DNA of 64,000 nucleotides from a virus: IMG/VR virus record IMGVR_UViG_3300027747_003534, positions 1 to 64,000 of that record; one strand, 5' to 3'. Shown piece by piece: positions 50,401 to 62,400 of this stretch (position 1 is its first letter; each line of letters starts with the position of its first letter). The notes under the pieces were generated by a model. It saw only the letters and a program-made list of their open reading frames with translations, ran no database searches and was not told where the DNA came from. The position numbers and the translations under genes were made by a program.

Positions 50401-53400
50401 TTTTTATCTACTAGTTTAGATAGCTCTATAGCAATGGAATTTGCTCGTCAAGGACTTTTGAGTATTTTGACCAACCCCAAGAAAAAGGGTATTAATACTA
50501 ATAAACGAGTTAGTACAGATTATGATTTAGAAAAAGAATTTATATTACCACCAAACTCTAAATTCAAAATCTTAAGCGCAAAAGAAGAGCGAAGTTCTGC
50601 TCGACCCGGAAGTTCTTTAATGAGATCAAAAGCTAGTCTTAATGTTCAACAACTAGCTTCTGGTGGATCTATTCAGCGATTCATGGCCGGAGAGATGGTC
50701 AGAAGAACAAAAAAAGAACGGTTTAAAAAAATAACAGAGTCCGATGCTGCTAAATTAACAGCTTCTCAAATTATAACAGGCCTTACTACTGGACAGACCG
50801 GCCCCGTTAGAGTAGAGGGTATGGATGTTGGAATGATGAGGACTATTCTTGGTAAACGAAATACAACACCAGATATTCAACGCAAAAAAGATGAGATTCT
50901 AAAAGCTTATACCAGAAGAATAAACGGTGAAGTAGATCAACGTCTCGGAATTACTAATCAGAAACAAGCAGCAGGATTACTATTTGGTATTGCTGGTTTG
51001 TACGGCTCTCCATTTAAGCCAACTGATATGGTTGTTGGAGATAAAGGAGAACTTAAAAACATCACAACTGTTCAGGTGATGGGTGGTGTTCCTCGTAAAA
51101 AATTAATGGATAAGGCTGGCATAGGTATTGATGATCTAGATGCTTATGGTAAAGATTTTAGAAAATCTGTTAAAAAAGGAGCTAAAAGACTATTAGTATC
51201 GGATATTCTTAGTCAACTAGGTTTAGGTAAAGCGCTTTATGCTGACTTTGACAAAACATTAGTATTTGGGGCTGATAATCTTCCTGATCTACAGTCTTTT
51301 AACAACAAGAGACAGGTAGGTAGACAATTATTATCAGAAAAAGCTAGACTTAGCACTCTTGGTCAAAAATTAAGAGATTTATTGCTAGTTAAGCCTCAGC
51401 TGTCACCATATGTAAATGTACTAACAGCGCGACCACCCTCCACAGTTGGTCTTTTACAAGCTTTCCTTAAACGACAAAATCTTAATATACCTCGTTCTCA
51501 ATTTACCGGGGTTGGTGGTAATAATTTAAACGAATCTGCAATTGCAAAATTAAAAGCTGCGGAATTACCTCCCGGATCAGTTTTTGTTGATGATAATGGA
51601 AAAAATACAAAAGAAGCAGAACTTAAATCTAAATCACTAAAGGCTAAAGGTGAAGCTGGTATTAAAGTATTTAGATATAAAAGTGCCAGAAATCCGTTAG
51701 ATCAACCGGGTGAAGATACTGCTGCTGGTCTTGCATTTCAAGAATCATTAAGAGGACTTCTTTCAGACAAAAGAGCAATGGCAGCATTTGCTGAAACAGG
51801 AGGAAAGAGCATTGACTTTCCGCTTGGATTAGGAAAACGAGCAGCATTATTTGGTCTAAAACCAAACATACCAACAGATGCCAAAAGAACATTGAATGGT
51901 CCATCAACAGCAAAAGATAATATCACTAATTATCTAAAAGTTCGAGGTTATAATAGCGGTGGAATAATTCAAAAATTTGAAACTGGTGGAGCAACAGATA
52001 GTCTTAGACAATACCAATTGCGATCTAAAGATCTTCATTCTGCTGTTATTTCAAACAAACCAGACAAAACTAAAAGTAATCAGATAAAAGATCTTGACAG
52101 TTCAATGATTGATTCTTTGCCAAAAATACTTTATAGTGGATTTAAAGAAAATCGTAGAAAAATTATTGATCAAGATATAGATCCTAATAAAGACTATAAA
52201 TCTCAGTTAATGAATAAGACTTTTTCTTTTCCGTCATTTTTGTCTACTTCTATAAACTATGATAGTGCTAAAAGATTTGCTGGATCAAATGGAGGGGTAT
52301 TACACATAAGACCAACAGGTAAGGGTGCTAATGTTTTAGAAAGAACCGGTAATAAAGGAAAGAGTGCTCTTTATGATATGGAAGCAGAATATCTATTACC
52401 AAGAAATTCTAGATTTAAAATCAATAGAGTATTAGATACTACTGGACCACTAGGATGGAGATCAGATTGGGGTGCTCCAAATTTTCTAGAAGCTGAAGTT
52501 AAAAGTTTTAAAAATGGTGGAAACATTAGAAGATTTGCTGATGCTGGATTAGTACCTGCTCCTAAATTAATTCAAAGAGGAGGATTCAAGTATAGTCTAG
52601 AAGATATTATTAAAGCCGGTTTTACTGAAGCTCAGTTCATGAAGCAAATACCTGCTCCTGGTGGCTATGGTGAACAGTGGCAAATTGGTGGTTATGGAGA
52701 AGGCTCAATACCTATGCCTCCATCCCTACAACCATATAAAGCTCCACCATCTGTTGTTCAGGATCGGGTTGATCTTGCTCGATCAAATGTTCAAAATAGA
52801 ATGGCAGATGCGGTAAGGAGAGACGGACGCACTTTGAGAGATTACGAGGTTAGCAGTGATCAAAAGGCGTTCAAGAAAATGCGAGGATATGCAATAGGAG
52901 GATCCACACAGGATACTGTACCAGCATTAGTTAGCAATGGAGAAGCTTTTGTACCACCAGAAACAGCAAAAAATATAGGATATGACAAATTAAGAGAAAT
53001 GAACCAAGCAGATCGTAATGGTATGAGGTCATTTGCTGGTGGTGGAATTAGTTTATTTAAGGGACCCGGTAGCGGAACAAGCGACAGCATAGGACCTGTA
53101 GGATTGCCTGTGGGCGGATTTGTTATAAGAGCAGCTGCTACCAAAGCTTTAGGATTAAGTAAGGGCGGAGCCGTTCAAAGATTTGCTTTTGGAGGAAGTC
53201 CTAGAGCAGTACCAAATATTAGCGGCATGAGCGATGCTAGAGCATTATCAGTAGTTGGAGTTACAGATAATGTTACTGGTCAACTAGAAAATTTAGCTAC
53301 GGTATTACAAGAATTAGGTGTTAGATCAGGTGATTCTGCTAGAATTATTCAGAGCGGCATACAAGCAACATACCAACAAGCTATACGAGCAACAGAAGCT

Positions 53401-56400
53401 GATATTCGACGAGCCAGATTAGCCGGAGCTAGTGCAGAACAGATATCTCAGGCTGAAAATCAATTAGCAGATATTCGTAGACAAGCTCAGCAGGATATTC
53501 AAACTAGACGTACTTTAGGAGGCTTATCAGGAAATCAATTACAGAGCATAGAATCTAATGCTCAAGAAGAAAGAGACAGAATACGCACAAATACCAGAAA
53601 TAGATTAGCAGCTAGAGGTATGAGTCAGGAAGATATTAATACCAGATTGCAGGAAAATGCTGGAGCTATTGATAGACAAGCATATTCTAGAGCAAGTAGT
53701 AGAGCAGGAGTTAATCTTAGAGCTAATGGTTTAACAGGAGATGATGCTCAAAGATTTGTTCGTCAAAGTATGGGAGATCCTCGTATACTAAGACAGATGG
53801 ATGATCAACTAAGACAGCAGTTAAGAAGTAGTACTGCATATACAACTGCCAGTAGAACCCAGCAAAGACAAATGAGCCAGTCTGTTGAAGAAGAAATTCG
53901 TACAAGAAAAGATATTGTTAATAAATTAGCTAGACAAAGGGGACAACAGGCTCCTGGCGGTGATCAGCGAGGTAATTTTGGAGGAATGTTGGGCTTATCT
54001 TTTGGACTACAAGGAATAGGATCATTGCTTGCTCAGCAAATTAATGCTAGTGCCAGCTCTTCAAATGCTAGCACAGCGGGCGCTATTCAGGGCGGAGTTA
54101 CAGGATTAGCTACTGGTGGCATGCTCGTTGGCGGCTTGCAAGATATGCTAGGAAGCAGACTTAGTCCAGCAGTGTCTAAACTTTTAGGAGGATTTGGTCT
54201 TCTTGCTACATTAGCGGCCTCTGTTGGACAAGCTTTTATAGAAGCCAGAAATGCTGCTATAGAATTTGAGAAAAATTTCCAGCAAAAGAAATTAGAAACA
54301 GCTATTAGTGATAGTCAACAATTATTTGAAAAACTAAATACTAACATTAAGAATGTAGATATCCAAAGATCGTTAGCTTCTAAATTAGCAGAAGCAGGAG
54401 AAGCTGCTAAAGCTGGTATAGAAGCTAATAATAAACTTGCTAAGGCATTTTGGGTTAATCTATTTGATGCTTTTGGCTCAGCTGATCAAGGAGCAGCATC
54501 TCAACGTAGTGAGATTTTGGATAAGAAAGGAATAATGGCATATTTTAGATCTACTGATCTTTTTGGTGGAGGAGACAAAGGACGAAGTAAAGAATATCAG
54601 TCTTTAATTCCTGAAAAAGCAAGAGAAAATTCTAAAAGTTTTGCTGAAACCTCTAAGCTTACTACTGATCTTATTGGAGCTAAGATTCAGAGCGGTTCAA
54701 GTGTTGAAGATATATTTAAAGATCCAGCATGGAAAAAACAAGCAGAAGTTATAGCAAGGGCGAATGCTGCTGTAGAACAAGAAATTTTATCTATAAAAAA
54801 TAATGCTAACATTAGTGATGTTGAAAAAGAAGCACGAATTAATAATATTATAGCTATAAATGCAGAACAAACCATTAGGCAACAAGCTTCTGTTATTGAA
54901 AGACAACAACAACTCAAGTCTTTAGACAATACAATAAATGTTTATACTAGATCTCTTGAGAGAATGTTCCAAAATATGGAACAAAGCATTGGTCGTGCCA
55001 GCTTCTCATTAGAACAAATGAGCAAAGATATCGATCTCGCATCAGATTCATTGCAAGGTCAAGCCAAGGTTGGTAATATTGCTTTAACTGCGATTAACGC
55101 TTTACAAAATCCAAGAGCATATTCTGATCAAACAGTATCAAATTCCAGAAATGTTGCTGCTGAATCTTTTGGCATACGATCACCAGAAATGGTTTCATTA
55201 TTAGGAGTTGGAGAAAAGATAGAATCTACTGTAATGAGCACCATTAATAAATCTGTTAATAAAAATCCTGGAATAACAGAAGAAGCATTAGGATCCATTG
55301 TTGGTCGCGATGTTAAAGAGGCACTAGCTAACTTGTCATTGCCTCCAGACTTAGTTGAAAAGTTATCTGGAGAAGTTGGTAATGTTCTTAAAGACTTTAA
55401 GAAATCTGGAGACGAAAAACTAGATTATACTCAGCTTAGCGAAAAACTTGGTCAGCTAAATAAGGTAGTTGATAGTTCTAGGAGAGCACAAGAAGTAGCA
55501 ATCAAAGCATTAGAACACTATCAAAACGCCCTTAATGTATATACTCAAAATATTAATAAAACTATTGATCTACAGATTTCTGCTAATCAAAGACTAAGAA
55601 AAGCTACTGATATAGTTGCTGATTCTGAACTTTCTTTGGCAAAAACTTTGGGTAAAAATATTAGCTTAGAAAATGCTAGAACAATGGTAAACTCTAAAGT
55701 ATCAGCCAAAACAGGAGGAGCTACTAATCCTAATGATATATTTGATAGCATAAATAAACTAGAAAATACCAGAGTAGTTCAACAAGCTGAACAAAGAAGT
55801 GCAGGAGAAAGAGGACTATCTGGTCAAGCAGACTTTATTAAATTCACTAAAAACTTATCAGATACTAATATTGGTTTAAGAGAAAATATTGATGCATTAA
55901 AATACTTAGCTGACAATACCGATATTGCAGCTTCTGCTATGGAAAAAATTCAAGAAGCTCAACAAAAATCTTCTGGAAGAGCCTCATTTATTGAAAAATT
56001 AGTTACTAGTACGCCCGAAGAATTAAATGGTCTTTCTAGTGCTTTTCAAAGATTGCAGAATAATGCTAATGGACAGATAAATACTATCAACAGATCTACT
56101 GGTGCTCAACGAGCCTACTATGAGGCTTTACAAAATGGAGCAAGTATGATGGAGGCTATGAAAGCTGCTCAAGCTGCTTTTGTTAATGAGCGTAAAGAAA
56201 CACTAGGCGCCTTAAATGATATATTGCCATTTTTAGGAAATAATCAACAGGCTGGTAATATTAAGGCAAATGTATTAGAGAGTATGCTTCAAGAATCTGG
56301 TATGGGAGTATCTCCTGTATTTCAGCAAATATTAAATACTCTTAGAAATCCAGAATTAGATCCAGCAACTCAAGCAGCTATTGCAGAATACAGAGAAGGT

Positions 56401-59400
56401 AATAATTTACAAGCACGAGCTAATTCTTTATTGGCCCAACTAGATTCTAATTTAGCTCGCGATATTGCAAACCAATCAGCTAAAGCTTTGGCTAATGCTC
56501 TTAGTGATGTTAAGATAAATTTTGAAGGTTCGGAACTAAAAGATTTAGTTAATTTAGTACAACAAATCAATGGTAAACTACCACTAGGCGCTGCTCCTGC
56601 TGCGGGTAAAGCCTCTGGAGGTGTCATATACGCTGCTGCTGGACGTGCTATTGATTTTAAGAGTCAAGGTACAGATACTGTGCCAGCAATGTTAACCCCT
56701 GGCGAATTTGTGGTTAATAGAGCAGCTACTCAAAGCCACTTGCCTCTTTTAAATGCCATTAATAGTAATAAATATAGTAGTGGTGGAGCTGTTAGATACT
56801 ATAGTTCTGGTGGATATGTTAGTCAAAATTTTAAGGAAGAATACAAAAAAAATAGTGATGATCTAGTTCAATCTAAAGAAAAATATATTGACCCAAGATC
56901 AGCAGCTTTTAGAGAAGTTAAATCTGTCTATGCCGGACCAGATAAATTTGTTAGGGGTGCTCAACCTAAAACGATTATGGCTCCCGTGGCTACTGCCTCT
57001 AGTGGCAGAGCAAGCCTGGATTCGATTAAAAGCGAAGATGGTATCAATAATTTATATTTAGGCGAGGCCCCAGCTATATTAGTGGAAAAAAATGCACATA
57101 ATCAAGATGTATTTAACTATGGTGTCATTAATAGGCCTCGTGCACACTTATTAGATCCCCTAGGCTCTGTAGTCGATAAGCCATTTGACACCAAAAATAT
57201 TACCAAAAATAAATTCATCGAATATAAAAATAGTTTTAATCAAAAATTAATTAATAGTGATTTAGATTCATCTACAATAGTATCAAGTATGCCAGCAGTC
57301 AATGACATAAAAGATATTCCCGAATCTTTAATTTCTGATCAATTTTATAGTCCCAATGTTATATCTAATCTCCCAGTAGGTATGATTGTAACAAGAAATA
57401 AAACTCTAGGAGCATTATCTTGGAATAAAGAGAGCACAGAACATGCTAAGGTATTAAAAATATATAGACTAGCATCTGATTATGCCGATGTTAGCGTCGT
57501 ATCTAATGAGGATCAGGGATACTACAAGATCAAATCAGATCTTAAAATGTCAGATTCTAGCGCGCAAGATCGTATTAAAATATTGACAGGAGATAATTCA
57601 TGGATAACAGAAAAAGATAATATTAAAAATATTATTAAAACTCAAGAATTAAACCTTAAAGATCTTAAACAAACTCAGACATTTACATCGGTTGATCCTG
57701 ACCCCACAAATCCTGTATTTAATAATCTTTTTAAGGCAGAAGATCCGAATCTTAGTAATTTAAGACAAAAATTAGAGATATTATATAGTGGAGCTGAGGG
57801 AATATCATTAACGGGCAATGAATTAAACTTTTTTAATCCTAGTGCCCTTTCAGAAGATAAAGAAAATAATATAACATTATTACATGTTTTAAATAGTAAA
57901 TATAAACCTATTTTAGATAAATCTTTAAACAGTAAACAACAAGCAGATAAAATAAAGACAACTTTTCCAAAATTGATGGTTGGAGGAGCAGGATTAAATA
58001 ATTTACCAGACGCTGATTATAAATGGGCTAGAGGATATGAATTTGGAATATATGACGTAGCTGACATGGGTAAAATGAAAACTTTTCCATGGGTAGCTAA
58101 TGAAGACCCATCAGTAATATCTCAAGATATTCAAGCTGCTATAGATAATCAAGCTGAACAATTAAAAACAAAATATGGAATTAGCACAAAGCCAGTATCT
58201 GATTTTGGTTCATATAAGTTAAAGCTGCCTAATCCTATAGGAGACGTTGACTTACCGTATCATATGCAGTATACAGAGTATACAGGGCCACAAATTGCTA
58301 CAGATCCTAGTAAAGCTGATCCTAATGGTTTTAATTTAGGAGCTAATTTAAATAAAGCTTTATTAATTACTCCAAATAATAAAAATCCCCTCAGTCCATA
58401 TTCTCAATTTAAAAAATATGCCCAATCAACAGCTTATGTAGACAAAATATTAACTGGGGATGAAATATTTGATAAGTCTCATATTGAGCTTGACAAAATT
58501 CCCGATTTCACCACCCTTGCTAAGGGTAATATTGACAGAAATCAAAGAGATCAACTCAAACAAAACCTTAAAGGTGTTCAGTATAGTATTGATTTAGATT
58601 CTTTAATTGATCATACCAATCATCCGATACTAAAAAATATTCCATTATTTGAAGATAGTCCACCAAATAAACAATCATATGTTTTCAATATAGGGGAGTA
58701 TTTAAGTACAGTAGCAGATAAAGTATTTACAGACAGAGACAATGCAGCAATAAAATCTGTTGGAGAAATTGATGACAAGGGTCAATTAGCTGATGATACT
58801 ATTAAGGATAATAAATTACCCGATGCTGTTAAAAATTTAGCTAGATTATCATTGGGTGTTTTTGGAAGAAAAAGAGTTCCAGGATTACCTGGAAATTGGC
58901 TATATAACAGTATCCGTGGAATAATACAAAAACCATTTAAAAATTCTGGCGTAGCTCAACAAGCAGCAGGATATACTAGTGGAATATTTAATAATTTTGG
59001 AGGCTATTTGAGCAAATTGGCTCCTATGACAAGGAATCCCAATATTTATCAGCAGCTAAAAGAATTATTCACATTGGGATCTGGTGCTGCTATGGCATTT
59101 ACAGGTTTGGCCAGTGGTGATACACGAATGATAGGTCAGTTTCAAAAATTAAACTTGAATGCAGAAGATCTATTTAGATCTCTTGGAGGAGCATCATTAT
59201 TTGGTAGAATTTCTTCAACGGCATTATCTGGGGATTATAAGGCTATTTTAGGCCAGCAATTAGAAGGAGCCAAGATAAAAACTGTTGGTGCTAATGGTAC
59301 GCTAAGTCTGGTATCGGCAGATAAAGCCATACCAGAAAAATATAATGATTTAGTTAATATTGCATTTAATCCATATAATGAATTTCCAAGTAAGGATACT

Positions 59401-62400
59401 CGTAAGGACATTATTGAAAAACTTACTACGGATATGATCAATGCAACAGATCAGGTAGGTATGTCATATTTTGATCCTAATACACAAAGATTCTTATATG
59501 GGAATATGACATCGTTGTATAATTGGTATGGTGGAAATGGAGCATGGGAAGGTCAAGATTATTTTTTTGATAAGAATGTTGATCCTGATAATGCTAAACG
59601 TACTCAGCAAGTTATAGATTCTTTTAGCGGTCAGGATGGTCAAGATGCATATACTAAGGGTAATATTGCTCATACTACATTAGGTTTTGCTTCTCGTTAT
59701 GGAAGTTTACCAACAGACAAGTGGTTTGTTCAACGACGAGAAGCTGGTTTAAATGCAGAGGCCCGAGCTGTCACAGACCCAAATGCATCTAAAGACCCGT
59801 TAAGATTTGCTACCGGTGGCGTAGTATATGCTCAAGAAGGTCAACACATCAATTTCCAGCCTCGTGGTACTGATACTGTTCCAGCAATGCTGACCCCCGG
59901 TGAATTTGTTATCAATAAAGCCGCAACACAAAGTAACTTGCCACTACTACATGCTATTAATAATGGTGGAGCTAAAGCATATAGTAATGGGGGACCTGTT
60001 TATTTAGCTCGTGGCGGTTTAACTGTAAAAGAACATTTTAAGCCTTTAGATACAAATATATTTGATAGTTTAGATATTGATAAAAATAGTATTTTAGAAG
60101 ATAATGAGATGCCTAAAAATAGTATTCTCAGATATATGGCAGACTATAGGAAAGGAGCAGATAATAAATTAACAAAGAAAGAATTAGAAGAATATAACAC
60201 AGACTATGATAGTCATATTGATAATTATTTATCTCTTGATGCTCAGAAAAAATATAATAATATTAATCCTCAGAAACAAAAACTAAATGGGTCGTTCCAA
60301 TTAAATAATGGAGACAGGATATCACAAATACAATTTATTCAAACTTATGAGGCAGCTAATAAGATTGGTAAACAAAAAAGCAAATGGGGAGCTCGTAATA
60401 CTTTAGAAGAAAACTTTTATAGTGGAGATCCTAATTATCCTTTTAGTCAGGCAACATATGACCTCGAAGCACATAATAATAAATTACGCTTGGGTGTCGG
60501 ACCGTTTAATAGTAAGGCTTTTGGTTATGGAGTAGCACAACAAATTATACCTGCATTATTAAGCTTGGCAGGTGGAGGAGTGGGATTTGCTCTCACTGCG
60601 CCATTTACTCCAGCAGCACAAATAGGAGGTACTATTGGTGGAGCAATAGTTGGAGATCAAATAGGACAAGTTATTAATGAAATGATATACAATGGATTTC
60701 CTTCATCGTGGAAAAAAGATATAAATAAAAAAATTGAAAAATATCCCGAATCTTACGAAATAGGTCAGTGGACAGGATTTGCAGCAGATATAGCAATGGG
60801 TGGATTTGCTGATGATTTTATAACAAAATCAGCAAGTGGACTAGTAAAGAAAAAATTAACAAGACAAGCAATAGACGAAGCCATTAAATCCGGATCTTCG
60901 CTGAATAAACTTATACAAGTAGGTAATGATACTATACCCATCGAAAAAACAGTTGATGATCTTGCTGAATCAACAGGTAAAGAAGCTGCTTCTAACTCTA
61001 AGAAGGTTAACAAATCAAAAAGCAAAAAATCTGAGAAGGCTGAGAACAAAGCCAAGATAGATAGTTTATTAAAAAATATGAAAATTATTGGAGATGAATA
61101 TAATAGTAAAATTGGAGAGGCTTATAATAAAGGAATATTAAGAAAATATGATTCATTGGCTGCCGGAGATATCGCCTCTGCCATACAAAAAACAGGAGAC
61201 GTGCGAAACCAAGCAGCTAAATTTCATTTTGACGATTTATTGAAATCTAGTCCAGACTATGTTGATCCATCTCTTTTAACAAAACTAACAGATAATTCAC
61301 CCATATACATTGCTGCACAGTCGCAGGCTAAAGAAACTTTTTCTAGACTAGGAATAGATGTTAGCGATGATTTTGGTAAACTAGACGCTAATAAAATGTT
61401 TGATGAATATTTTAATAAAGAATATGATATTCTTAGTAAAAACCCACTAAATGAAGCAGCTGCTAGACAAAAACAATCTATTCTGGATGAAATAGCACAA
61501 AAATATGATATAGACCCATCAGATTTTAAGCGACTAAAAGATAAACTAGATGATATTGCTGTTCGTCCTAGAAGACCAGGATTTAAAACTATTTATGGAT
61601 TAACAAAAACTGCTATCATGATAGCTAGAATGATAAAAGATAGAAAAATAGAACAAAAGAAAGCTCAACCATATGATATGCCAGAAGCTCAGACTGTTCC
61701 TGCTGTCGCAGATAAAGCAGAGGCGGCAGCTTCTCCCAATAAAGATGAACCTAAAACTGCTGAAACTACTCCACCAAAACCACAAGTTGTGAAACCTAAG
61801 GATGTAGGTAATCTACCAAAATATTGGGATGAGCTTAGTTATAAAGAATATTTAGATACTTTAATTAAAAGTGGTAAGAATCCAGAAATTCCAGATAAGA
61901 AGCTATTTACCACATCAGCTATTTATACAAAAGGCAAACGAACAACAGCATTGGATTCGCGAGATACCACAGGCATAGTTGGTGGAAATAGAGTTTCTTT
62001 ACCAAAAGACCCCAAAGAAAAAGCTAAATTAGACGCACAAATTAATAATATTGGTCAAAAATTATATACATCTTCTGAAATAGCATATGATTCATACTCT
62101 AGATTAGTTACCGGAAAAAATAAAAATATTCCTCTCGGAGATATTATAAAGGGCGATCTAATAGATAATTATAGACAGTCTATTGAGAGTATGCATGAAT
62201 TGATGAGTATCACTAATTTAGATAAATTTGGAACAATCAACTTTAAACTTGATAAGCCGCTACCTGGACAATCTTCAAATAAGAAACTTGGAGATATTAT
62301 AGATACCTTGAAAGCTGTTCGTAAAGGCTATAAAAATGATATAGTACCAAGTTTAGTTAATGAAGACGCTGAGCCCAAAGAAGGCGAAACTCCAGAAGAT

